Source: a phage. Taken from it: 50,975 nt of DNA. Made by a program: the position numbers and the translations under genes. The DNA lies in the sequence record PZ871100.1. One strand, 5' to 3'. The notes below the pieces were generated by a model. It was not told the origin of the DNA. It was given only the letters and a program-made list of their open reading frames with translations, and made no database searches. Shown piece by piece: positions 38,674 to 46,500 of the stretch (position 1 is the first letter of the stretch; each line of letters starts with the position of its first letter).

Positions 38674-39380
38674 TTTGCGTTTGCTTCAAAGACGGCGCGA
38701 GCAAAGCCGCGCGGAGTGAGGGAGCGGATCATCTTTGTGCGCGATGATTTTCCGCCAGTTTTGGCCCAACCAGGATTATCCTTGTCACCCTCTTTCGGAA
38801 GGATTGTTGAGCGCGGAGGAATAACAAATCCGTTTCCAGTCCAAAGGCATGTTTTCTTAAAGTACCGATCCCGCGCCGGAATAATATCAGGGAAGTCGGG
38901 ATGCTTATCATCTTCCTGCAGATAGCCAGCATAATCGCACGGATGGAACGTATAATCAGGCTTACGCCATAACGTTGACAGCTTGCCTACAGGATTTTCG
39001 ATCATGTAAGGAACGCCGAAATAATCAGCGATATGCGCCGCGATTCTGCAAGTGTCGGCGGCCTCATCCTGGAAAGAGGGATTCTCAAGGCGTTTTTTGG
39101 ACCAATGGCGAGATCCGCTATTTGCAAGGTCAGTGCACGGCGGAAATGCCATAATGAAATCAGGCTTGCCCCAATTTTCAAGTTTTGCGGTATATTTGAA
39201 TAGCTCATCAATCCACACATTAACGTAAAAAATATTATCATGGATTATGCGCACTGATTGGTAATCTCCATGATCTGCATCATCGTAATTAAAGCAAATG
39301 CATTTATATCCAGCATCAGCCCAATCTTTAACGGCTTTACCAGATCCATCAAACAAAGAGAATATTAAACCTTTATACAT
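38670..39380 (-). CDS. DNA C5-cytosine methyltransferase-like protein (putative)
   Basis: Motif I-like FSLFDGSG, motif IV-like FPPCTD, motif VI-like MIENPVG; stop TAG inside promoter box. Confidence 0.5.
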   Translation of the reverse strand: MYKGLIFSLFDGSGKAVKDWADAGYKCICFNYDDADHGDYQSVRIIHDNIFYVNVWIDELFKYTAKLENWGKPDFIMAFPPCTDLANSGSRHWSKKRLENPSFQDEAADTCRIAAHIADYFGVPYMIENPVGKLSTLWRKPDYTFHPCDYAGYLQEDDKHPDFPDIIPARDRYFKKTCLWTGNGFVIPPRSTILPKEGDKDNPGWAKTGGKSSRTKMIRSLTPRGFARAVFEANAK

Positions 39381-39389
39381 TTCATCACC

Positions 39390-39614
39390 TCAAAACGGAA
39401 AGCATCTAGGGCAGTTCGGATCAAAATTGCAACCACAATCATTAACAATCATGGTTGGATCTGCAAATGCAGCGCCGCATTCATGGTCCATATCCATTTC
39501 ACCCAACGCATCATCAAGCGTCCTGATTTTATATGCGACCTCAAGCGCGGCCTCTTTATTCAGTCCGGCATCTTCTGCTTTTTGCAGTCGCTCAAAAAAA
39601 CCGTCTTGACTCAT
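39390..39614 (-). CDS. hypothetical Cys-rich protein
   Basis: 74 aa; C-terminal DHECG...DCGCNFDPNCPRC; 9 nt upstream of methyltransferase-like gene. Confidence 0.4.
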   Translation of the reverse strand: MSQDGFFERLQKAEDAGLNKEAALEVAYKIRTLDDALGEMDMDHECGAAFADPTMIVNDCGCNFDPNCPRCFPF

Positions 39615-39724
39615 TTAATAAACTCCTTAACAACAGCAAGAATAATCACAAGCCCAGCAGTAAAAACAAGCAAACCGACAAGGCCAATCATAACACCAAA
39701 TAAAATATCAAGCGCCTTAATCAT
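39611..39724 (-). CDS. small membrane peptide (37 aa)
   Basis: Not in ORF track; MIKALDILFGVMIGLVGLLVFTAGLVIILAVVKEFIK; ATGA overlap with downstream gene. Confidence 0.35.
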   Translation of the reverse strand: MIKALDILFGVMIGLVGLLVFTAGLVIILAVVKEFIK

Positions 39725-39771
39725 TTATTCACCATTGATAAAATGGGAGGCGGCAACCTCCCATTGATTAA

Positions 39772-39999
39772 TCATACAGCCTTCCAGCTTTCAATAAACA
39801 TGCTGTTTTCTTCCAGAAGTTTAATCAATTCTTCGCGCGTATATTTGCGGATTTTACTACCTGGATGTGAGCCAACAACAAACACACCTTTACCACTCGT
39901 GATGGTTAACTGGTTGATTCCGCAAGATTTATCCATTTTCACGGCGACGCGGTGATGTGCATCAACAGTGTGCATGATGTTAGTGACTTTAGCTTTCAT
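39772..39999 (-). CDS. hypothetical protein
   Basis: ATG 39999 with GAGGA RBS and promoter unit upstream; 75 aa. Confidence 0.45.
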   Translation of the reverse strand: MKAKVTNIMHTVDAHHRVAVKMDKSCGINQLTITSGKGVFVVGSHPGSKIRKYTREELIKLLEENSMFIESWKAV

Positions 40000-40029
40000 T
40001 ATGCAATCCTCATTATATTTGGTTTGGTA

Positions 40030-40072
40030 ACTATACCAGGTTTGAGAAATATTGTTTAGCAATTCGTGCTAT
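40030..40072 (-). promoter_or_regulatory. conserved-box promoter-like unit (variant ATAGCACGAATTGCTAAAC)
   Basis: Minus-strand box (plus 40054-40072), 18 nt, TATAGT (plus 40030-40035). Confidence 0.55.
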
Positions 40073-40173
40073 AAGTTGAAATAGCTATGGCGCTTTGCTC
40101 GCTTGCCGTCTCCGCCATAATGATCATTTGCAACAGCTACCATCCAGGAATTATGGAATATTATTAGCTTCAT

Positions 40174-40455
40174 CTAATTAATGCCAACAACGTTAAAACT
40201 TACAGCTTTTGTTGCGCTAAATACATACGCTTCAACAGCCTCACCAAATACACGAATTTTTCCATAGCCGTACTGCGCATTCATATTGCGCCAAACCGTC
40301 CTGTTAGAGCAGAACGCGTTACCAGTCTTGATAAGATTATCCATCTCTTTTCTTAGATCATGATAATCAAGCCAAAATCTATAAGCGCGTTGTTTAATGA
40401 GTTTCGCTTTGATTGTTTCGGCTGAGTTTTTAAAATCGCTGTTTTTGTAGGCCAT
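40174..40455 (-). CDS. hypothetical protein
   Basis: 93 aa; TAATG overlap with upstream gene. Confidence 0.4.
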   Translation of the reverse strand: MAYKNSDFKNSAETIKAKLIKQRAYRFWLDYHDLRKEMDNLIKTGNAFCSNRTVWRNMNAQYGYGKIRVFGEAVEAYVFSATKAVSFNVVGIN

Positions 40456-40649
40456 TACACAACCTCCATAATAGTATTGAATCCACGCAGTTTGAAAGCA
40501 TTTCCATGTTTAACAACGTTCCATGTCAGGCCGGAGTGATACGCAACCATATCCTCAAGATCAATGGTGATGATAGCGCCTTTTTTAAAGATTCCTTTCT
40601 CGTGAGTGGTGTCACGCTGTACAACTTTAACATCAACTTGATTTTCCAT
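40455..40649 (-). CDS. hypothetical protein
   Basis: 64 aa; promoter unit and conserved leader (CATCGACAACGA...GAGGA) upstream. Confidence 0.45.
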   Translation of the reverse strand: MENQVDVKVVQRDTTHEKGIFKKGAIITIDLEDMVAYHSGLTWNVVKHGNAFKLRGFNTIMEVV

Positions 40650-40680
40650 TTTTAAATCCTCGTTCGTTGTCGATGCGCTT

Positions 40681-40724
40681 AATATACCAATCAGAGGCGC
40701 ATAGGTTTTAACAAAAAGTGCTAT
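40681..40724 (-). promoter_or_regulatory. conserved-box promoter-like unit
   Basis: Minus-strand box (plus 40705-40724), 18 nt, TATATT (plus 40681-40686), leader CATCGACAACGA. Confidence 0.55.
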
Positions 40725-41011
40725 TCAACAACAGATCCAGTTAAAGAGATAAGTGCTCTTGTGATCTTGTGTCTGCGATACTGACGCGCAACAACCGGAA
40801 GATTTTCACCGCTCTGATGACCCAAACAGATCGGCAACTCACCCTCAAGAGAGCGGAAGCCGCCAAATTCAAGATCCCGCACTGGCTTTGAGCGCCACGC
40901 TTCAATAAATCCGCGTTCGTCACGAGTGATATAGCGGTATATGTTAGGGAGGGGCAATTGTATCCCCTCAAAATCCACGGTATCGGTATAGCTGTAAAAC
41001 TTAGAACTCAT
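40721..41011 (-). CDS. hypothetical protein
   Basis: ATG 41011 with GGAG RBS; 96 aa. Confidence 0.4.
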   Translation of the reverse strand: MSSKFYSYTDTVDFEGIQLPLPNIYRYITRDERGFIEAWRSKPVRDLEFGGFRSLEGELPICLGHQSGENLPVVARQYRRHKITRALISLTGSVVE

Positions 41012-41153
41012 AGTCAACAACTCCAAATTCGTTAACAATTTGCGCCTTATAGAAGCCGCCATTTTTCGCAAGGTTGTAGCATGCCGCCACAGTTTCAAAT
41101 TCGCGCACTTCCGGCTTGCTGTTTTCGTGTTCCCAGGTAATCAGAGTAACCAT
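41001..41153 (-). CDS. hypothetical small protein (50 aa)
   Basis: Not in ORF track; GAGGA RBS; leader near-identical to that of 40455..40649. Confidence 0.35.
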   Translation of the reverse strand: MVTLITWEHENSKPEVREFETVAACYNLAKNGGFYKAQIVNEFGVVDYEF

Positions 41154-41186
41154 TTTTAAATCCTCGTATTCGTTGTCGATGTGTGT

Positions 41187-41230
41187 AATGTACAGGAATA
41201 CGAGGATTGAGTTTTAACAAAAAGTGCTAT
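41187..41230 (-). promoter_or_regulatory. conserved-box promoter-like unit
   Basis: Minus-strand box (plus 41211-41230), 18 nt, TACATT (plus 41187-41192), leader CATCGACAACGA. Confidence 0.5.
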
Positions 41231-41497
41231 TTAGTCCAGGAATTCGATTTCGCGCTCGCCAGTTAACGGATCTTTGATCCAGAATCCGAGCGCCTCACCG
41301 TAAATGCCGCCATAGAATCCAAGCGCCGACAGATCCTCACCTTTAACAAATACCAGATCACCGCTACGGCTTACGTGAGACACGTTAACGATAACCGGAA
41401 ATGTGCGGTTTTTAAATGCAGGCCGCAGGACGTAGCATCCATTGTTAAGCAGTCGTGCTTTGCGTTTCACCGGAATAGGTGCATTGATTCGCGCCAT
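41231..41497 (-). CDS. hypothetical protein
   Basis: ATG 41497 with AAGGAG RBS; 88 aa. Confidence 0.4.
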   Translation of the reverse strand: MARINAPIPVKRKARLLNNGCYVLRPAFKNRTFPVIVNVSHVSRSGDLVFVKGEDLSALGFYGGIYGEALGFWIKDPLTGEREIEFLD

Positions 41498-41510
41498 CTT
41501 TATTTCTCCT

Positions 41511-41756
41511 TCATTGTTGATCGTGTTTAACGGCAATCAGAACATCACAGGACTCGTTAATGAATTTAGCCATGCGCTTATCATCACCAACAGGTATTAG
41601 CGCATTAAACTCGCGTTTGCTACTGAATACCGTCACTTTATGAAATGATGCGAACGGCATCGACGGGAACTCTACTGTTTGCGTCAGTATACGCAATCCC
41701 ATCTTTTTGGCCCTTACTTGGGCCTCAGCGAGTTCAAAATCCACTTCATTAATCAT
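41511..41756 (-). CDS. hypothetical protein
   Basis: 81 aa; ATGA overlap with upstream gene. Confidence 0.4.
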   Translation of the reverse strand: MINEVDFELAEAQVRAKKMGLRILTQTVEFPSMPFASFHKVTVFSSKREFNALIPVGDDKRMAKFINESCDVLIAVKHDQQ

Positions 41757-42025
41757 TTCTTGATCTCCTCAGCAATAAACTTCAGGACTTTGCGCAAAAA
41801 CACTTCATTATTGATGGTCGCTGGCAATTCTTCTTTTACTTCTTGCGGCAGGTAAACGTTGCCATGCCAGGTTAAGCAATCGTAGTTGATACGATAAGAG
41901 CAAAGCCACTCGCAATCGTTATCCGCTTCCCAAATGCAGAGTTGCAGAACATCGCCGAAATTCTCAACAGTCAGGTCCAGACCATGACGCTTGGCGAAAT
42001 TGAAAGTGGTTTTGCTGATGTTCAT
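41753..42025 (-). CDS. hypothetical protein
   Basis: 90 aa; AGGAG RBS; promoter unit and conserved leader upstream. Confidence 0.45.
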   Translation of the reverse strand: MNISKTTFNFAKRHGLDLTVENFGDVLQLCIWEADNDCEWLCSYRINYDCLTWHGNVYLPQEVKEELPATINNEVFLRKVLKFIAEEIKK

Positions 42026-42064
42026 TTGCTTTCTCCTGATTGGTATCTCGTTTCGATGTATGCA

Positions 42065-42107
42065 TTATGACAAATACAGTCAGGCACGTTTTAACAAAAA
42101 GTGCTAT
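42065..42107 (-). promoter_or_regulatory. conserved-box promoter-like unit (first of the minus small-gene block)
   Basis: Minus-strand box (plus 42088-42107), 17 nt, CATAAT (plus 42065-42070), leader CATCGAAACGA. Confidence 0.6.
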
Positions 42108-42402
42108 TTGCTGACTGGTCATTATTCCATATATTCCATTAATCAGGAATAACAGGAATAACTCATTCGCGATCACCTGGATTGGGAGACTTTGAGTTTG
42201 GTCAATTTTAATCAAGTGATTAACTTTTTGTGTGGAGGGGATAGAGAAACGCGATCCTCTCGCACCCTTTCCGGCAATCCTGGCGCGCAACATGTTCATT
42301 ATGTTTCCAGCCGTTCACGCAAATAAGCCTCCGCAGTTCTTCCACGTTTCATGCTGTCATGCACACAAAAGAAACAATGTAAAATCTATATAAATACACA
42401 TT

Positions 42403-42600
42403 AAATCAATAAGTTAGTTATATATGTATTTATATTTGTTTCTTATTGTTCTTGTTGTGTGATGGTTATTGGTATATGTTGCGATTTTTGTGTTGGTGGA
42501 TATTGATTGTTTATTGTTCGATTTGGTTGATGATTATGGTTGCTCATGGTTGCGTATGATTCTTGATGTATTTATGTATATATCCGCGAAAATTCGCGAA
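42403..42600. repeat. GT-rich noncoding element B (homolog of 20900-21050)
   Basis: 16-mer AAATCAATAAGTTAGT at 42403-42418, GT-rich tract, inverted repeat CGCGAA aa TTCGCG near 3-prime end. Confidence 0.6.
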
Positions 42601-42707
42601 CAGCCACACAGCCAAAAAACATGATGAGGATTCTTTTGAAATCATGCACTTAACTGCGAATTTTGTTTCCGCGCAATCTCCACACGTATAGCGAACAATT
42701 AGAACGC

Positions 42708-42737
42708 TTGACATAGGCGCGGCGTGGTGGCAACATT
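42708..42737 (+). promoter_or_regulatory. possible sigma70-like promoter (perfect TTGACA, weak -10) with adjacent inverted repeat
   Basis: TTGACA 42708-42713; weak -10 CAACAT/AACATT about 17-18 nt downstream; GGTGG...CCACC inverted repeat overlaps. Confidence 0.3.
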
Positions 42738-42774
42738 GCAACCACCAAAAACAGAGCAAATAGGAGTTACACCC

Positions 42775-43236
42775 ATGACCATGACAAGCAAGGAATTTTG
42801 CGATATGTTGCGAGTTAATGCAGCCTCACTAGCTAACGGGGATGTTAGCGAACTGCAAATCAAGGAGCTTGACTTGCAATGTAATATTGCGCCGGAAGAC
42901 TTGAGGAAAATTAACGCCTCATACATCCGAACGATTATGAATCGAACGCCGGAGGTGAAAGCCGTTGGCGTGGTGAAGGTTGAACGCGTTCGAGGCGATG
43001 CTGACATTCCTGATTGTTATCGCGTAACAATTAACCAGAATCCAAAGCGCCGCTTGCTGACAGATGAAGAACTGCCAAAACTTGAAAGTAAGTGGCGAGC
43101 AAAGTTTATTGCTCAACTGCTTAAAACACAGCCGCGAATCAGCGATCTGGAAGGTGAGCGCCTGGAAGGTGCGGCAATCGCACTTGAGCGAATGAATGAA
43201 ATGCTTAACGATATGGTAAAGATGGAGGATGAATAA
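42775..43236 (+). CDS. hypothetical protein (first gene after noncoding region B)
   Basis: ATG 42775 with AGGAG RBS; 153 aa. Confidence 0.45.
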   Translation: MTMTSKEFCDMLRVNAASLANGDVSELQIKELDLQCNIAPEDLRKINASYIRTIMNRTPEVKAVGVVKVERVRGDADIPDCYRVTINQNPKRRLLTDEELPKLESKWRAKFIAQLLKTQPRISDLEGERLEGAAIALERMNEMLNDMVKMEDE

Positions 43237-43496
43237 TGACTAAGGCATTAATTGGAGTTTTGATTGCAATCGCTACCCTGACCGGATGCGAAAAGGCATC
43301 GGAATCAACGGTTGTAGCAGGCGTGGAGTCAGATTTCAAAGTCGGTCGCCTGTTCACTGTTGACGGATGCACAGCATACAGATTCTATGATAACGGTCGC
43401 GCGATCTATTACACCAATTGCAAAGGCGCAACGAATAGCACGCGCAACAGCGGAAAGTACATAATGCACCAGCAAGTCACAACAGATATTGAATAG
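43236..43496 (+). CDS. small lipoprotein (second Cor/Llp-like candidate)
   Basis: 86 aa; signal peptide and lipobox LTGC; GGAGG RBS; TAATG overlap. Confidence 0.5.
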   Translation: MTKALIGVLIAIATLTGCEKASESTVVAGVESDFKVGRLFTVDGCTAYRFYDNGRAIYYTNCKGATNSTRNSGKYIMHQQVTTDIE

Positions 43497-43536
43497 CACT
43501 TTTTGTTAAAACGCCAGGTGCGAATCCTGGCATAAT
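43493..43536 (+). promoter_or_regulatory. conserved-box promoter-like unit
   Basis: Box 43493-43512, spacer inverted repeat GCCAGG...CCTGGC, CATAAT 43531-43536, leader CATCGAAACGA. Confidence 0.6.
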
Positions 43537-43569
43537 AGCCTCATCGAAACGAGATTGAGGAAAACAAAA

Positions 43570-43755
43570 ATGGCACGTCGCATCACCAAAGACCTTAAAG
43601 TCCTGAACAAAGAAAACGTAGTTAAAATCCTGGTTATCTGGGGATACAACGAAGAAGCAGCAAAGCAGAAGGTAGAGGCAGGTTATGACCTGGCTGTAAA
43701 AGCAATGCCAAACGACGACGCAAAAGGCATTGCAAACTATGTGGCTTTCTTTTAA
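43570..43755 (+). CDS. hypothetical protein
   Basis: 61 aa from ATG 43570; GAGGAAAA RBS after promoter unit. Confidence 0.4.
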   Translation: MARRITKDLKVLNKENVVKILVIWGYNEEAAKQKVEAGYDLAVKAMPNDDAKGIANYVAFF

Positions 43756-43770
43756 TTAGCAGGTGAATAA

Positions 43771-43956
43771 ATGAAAACGAAATTAGTCCATAAATCAGAA
43801 ATCAAGATCGGCGATACTGTGATTCACAACGGCGAGCTTAGAACGGTTGGCAAAGAGTCAATAAGCCACGATGAATTTATGGGGATCTTGTTGTTCGGTG
43901 ACTCTTATCGTCTTGGTTATAAAATGGTTGAGCTTGTGGAAGAGGTAAAATTCTAA
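43771..43956 (+). CDS. hypothetical protein
   Basis: 61 aa; RBS AGGTGA. Confidence 0.4.
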   Translation: MKTKLVHKSEIKIGDTVIHNGELRTVGKESISHDEFMGILLFGDSYRLGYKMVELVEEVKF

Positions 43957-44000
43957 ATAGCACTTTTTGTTAAAACTTAAAAACGATAACCAGGCATAAT
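43957..44000 (+). promoter_or_regulatory. conserved-box promoter-like unit
   Basis: Box 43957-43976, 18-nt spacer, CATAAT 43995-44000. Confidence 0.55.
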
Positions 44001-44054
44001 AAATCACATAGGGCGGCACGGCGTCGCCCGGTAAACCAATCAGGAGAAAGCACC

Positions 44055-44945
44055 ATGTTAAAACTTGCTGACATTAAATTCCCGATCACCTTCGAATCTC
44101 GCGGCGTTGGTCATTTCATGTTTACCGATGAGAAGACATGCACTAAGTTTAACGAATACGGAAGTCCAAACGCTTCAACAATGGAGGTTGAACACTTCAT
44201 TGAAGCGCACAATAAACACTACAACTCACTCAGAGACTACGGTTACGCAATGCCAGGATACACATGTTTTCACTACAAGCCATATAAGGGTCAGGTGTTA
44301 CCAGTGCGCTCACCGGAACGCGCAGAGATTCCGATGGTCAATATGAAAACGTGCGACTATAAAAAATTGTGGTGCTTAAGCGTGGATAACATCAAGTATC
44401 CGATCGTATTCCGCACGGTTGGTAACTCAACGATTCGCTATACGTCACCAGACAACGGCGTTTATAGCGATGGTCAGAAATCAGAGTTGAAAGTTGATTT
44501 CTTTGTCAATGGTCACAACAAATTCAATCCACACAATGAAGAAGATAAGGTGTACTACGTGGAAGATATTACAAAACACTTGTTTGGAGAAACACCATTC
44601 GGCTACGGGAAGACGTCAATTCAACAAATCATTGGCGAGGAGATCCACAAGGCAGCCGTTGAAATGAAAGCGCCTGGAGGCTGGCGTATTGATAAGAGCG
44701 CCTTTGCTTATCAAGAAATCGTAACGCAGGGCGCTATTGAAGACATGCCAGTTGCCGCCACGCTAAAAGGCGTTCAGCTTGATGACGGCGTGTGGTATGA
44801 ATTAACAGCTAAGCCAAAGACGATCGAGATTCATGATGATGTTGTTATTCTTCTGCTTCATTACGGTAGCGCAAAAAACCGTGCCGTTGCTGGCGAGATT
44901 AGCATCAAGCGCGGAACGATGGTTAAGTGGAAGGTGAAAGTGTAA
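44055..44945 (+). CDS. hypothetical protein with internal tandem duplication
   Basis: 296 aa; two similar ~100-aa segments (IKFPITFESRGVG / IKYPIVFRTVGNS; EHFIEAHNKH / DFFVNGHNKF); AGGAG RBS. Confidence 0.5.
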   Translation: MLKLADIKFPITFESRGVGHFMFTDEKTCTKFNEYGSPNASTMEVEHFIEAHNKHYNSLRDYGYAMPGYTCFHYKPYKGQVLPVRSPERAEIPMVNMKTCDYKKLWCLSVDNIKYPIVFRTVGNSTIRYTSPDNGVYSDGQKSELKVDFFVNGHNKFNPHNEEDKVYYVEDITKHLFGETPFGYGKTSIQQIIGEEIHKAAVEMKAPGGWRIDKSAFAYQEIVTQGAIEDMPVAATLKGVQLDDGVWYELTAKPKTIEIHDDVVILLLHYGSAKNRAVAGEISIKRGTMVKWKVKV

Positions 44946-44988
44946 ATAGCACGAATTGTTAAAACTCAAATGTGGGGCCAGGTATAAT
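44946..44988 (+). promoter_or_regulatory. conserved-box promoter-like unit (variant box ATAGCACGAATTGTTAAAAC)
   Basis: Box 44946-44965, TATAAT 44983-44988 inside inverted repeat GGCC...GGCC. Confidence 0.55.
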
Positions 44989-45018
44989 GGCCTCACTTTC
45001 AATGAAGGAGATAAAACT

Positions 45019-45249
45019 ATGTACATTAACAAGAAGATGAAATGCATTTCCGTTAACTATGGTTGCGCTGGCATGTTCAAGCCTGGCGAAATCTATATGG
45101 CGCAAAAGTTGAAATCATCAACCGGATCCTTTTACGTTAGTAATAGTAAGGGGCATCGCATGTTCCTGAACGGTGGTGAAGGTACTAATGTTATGGCACA
45201 CGCTATGGTAATTGCTGAATTTGAGGAAGTGAAAGATGAAAACAAATAA
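45019..45249 (+). CDS. hypothetical protein
   Basis: ATG 45019 with AAGGAG RBS after promoter unit. Confidence 0.4.
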   Translation: MYINKKMKCISVNYGCAGMFKPGEIYMAQKLKSSTGSFYVSNSKGHRMFLNGGEGTNVMAHAMVIAEFEEVKDENK

Positions 45250-45457
45250 GCGCGTCAAGCACAGGTTTACTGATAACCACGGCGACGCGATCGATGTATA
45301 CAAGTTCGGCGATCGCGTTTTTATTGACGGCACGTTTGAAGGTGGGAGCAGTCCGGATTTTAGGTCGATACTCACCGTTGACCAGGTGCGAAAGCTGGCG
45401 GATAAGTTAAATGATCTGGCAGATGAAATCGAATACAAGCAAATTCATTTTAATTGA
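45236..45457 (+). CDS. hypothetical protein
   Basis: 73 aa; GAGGAAG RBS. Confidence 0.4.
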   Translation: MKTNKRVKHRFTDNHGDAIDVYKFGDRVFIDGTFEGGSSPDFRSILTVDQVRKLADKLNDLADEIEYKQIHFN

Positions 45458-45468
45458 TAGGTTTGATA

Positions 45469-46008
45469 ATGAAAAAATACGAATTTGAACTTTGGGGCAG
45501 CAAATACCATTTTTCAACGAGCAAGCCGATTGTTATCGTTGACCTGGACGGAACGTTATCAGACGGAACGCATCGCTTACACCTTCTTCCGACAGAAGAT
45601 TTGCACCTTACAGAAAGCTGGTCTGAGTTCAATAAGGCGGCTGTTGGCGATTCGCCGATTAAGAGCACGGTTGCAGTGGTTAACGGTTTGTGGATGTCAG
45701 GATTTGCCATCGTTATCCTGACCGGACGCAGCGATGAAGTGATGGAGGACACCTGCAAATGGCTTAACGAAAACGGCATCAAGTACGATGCGTTAATCAT
45801 GCGCCGCAAGGAAGACAATCGCAAAGACACAATAATCAAAGAGGAAGTCTTGCGCGCTATCGGACTGGAAAACATTGTGTGCGCTTTTGATGATTCTCCG
45901 AACGTGGTTAAGCACTTCCGCAGCCTGGGAATCACAACCTATCAGGTAACGGAATACGACAAGCCACATAATCATATCCAATCGCATGGCGTGGAGGAAT
46001 TGAAATGA
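45469..46008 (+). CDS. HAD-superfamily phosphatase (nucleotidase or polynucleotide 3-phosphatase-like)
   Basis: Motif I IVIVDLDGTL (DxDxT), later ILTGR and FDDSPN motifs. Confidence 0.6.
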   Translation: MKKYEFELWGSKYHFSTSKPIVIVDLDGTLSDGTHRLHLLPTEDLHLTESWSEFNKAAVGDSPIKSTVAVVNGLWMSGFAIVILTGRSDEVMEDTCKWLNENGIKYDALIMRRKEDNRKDTIIKEEVLRAIGLENIVCAFDDSPNVVKHFRSLGITTYQVTEYDKPHNHIQSHGVEELK

Positions 46009-46166
46009 CATGGATTCTATTTGTGATTATCACAAGCTACAATTCAGCCGCAATTGAGTCTCGCGAGTTCCACGGTGAATCAAGATGTCAGGCCGCGAGA
46101 GAGCAAGTAATTTTGCATATGTCAGATAACGATAAAGAAGTTGAAGTATTCTGTGTTCGTAAATAG
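46005..46166 (+). CDS. hypothetical small protein (53 aa, hydrophobic N-terminus)
   Basis: Not in ORF track; ATGA overlap with phosphatase stop; stop TAG inside promoter box. Confidence 0.35.
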   Translation: MTWILFVIITSYNSAAIESREFHGESRCQAAREQVILHMSDNDKEVEVFCVRK

Positions 46167-46206
46167 CACTTTTTGCAAAAACAGATTATCGGGCTTGCTG
46201 TATAGT
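46163..46206 (+). promoter_or_regulatory. conserved-box promoter-like unit (variant ...TTGCAAAAAC)
   Basis: Box 46163-46182, TATAGT 46201-46206, inverted repeat GGGCTT...AAGCCC. Confidence 0.55.
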
Positions 46207-46236
46207 AAGCCCATCTACAAAAACGAGGATTAAATC

Positions 46237-46500
46237 ATGGTTAATAAAGTTGAGTTTTTCAAAGCGGTAGACAAGATTGACGGCGCGCCAAGTTTCTTTG
46301 CTATCCATTCCATTGACGGCGAAGACGTTGCATACAACGTGATTAGTCGAGACGGTATATCAAAACTTAGTGACCTGGTGGGTTATATTGTGGCGAACGG
46401 GAAATGTGCATGGCCCGATTCACCACGAGAGCCGCGCCGCCGCGACATGCAAAATCCAGTTCTGCTTTACACTCTGGTAATTGAAGGAGTCAACAAATGA
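46237..46500 (+). CDS. hypothetical protein
   Basis: 87 aa; GAGGA RBS after promoter unit. Confidence 0.4.
   Translation: MVNKVEFFKAVDKIDGAPSFFAIHSIDGEDVAYNVISRDGISKLSDLVGYIVANGKCAWPDSPREPRRRDMQNPVLLYTLVIEGVNK

Noticed and set aside
41964-42299. 111-aa minus-strand ORF
   Set aside because: Runs straight across the cassette promoter and leader of gene 41753-42025 and into the repeat-containing noncoding region; no RBS.
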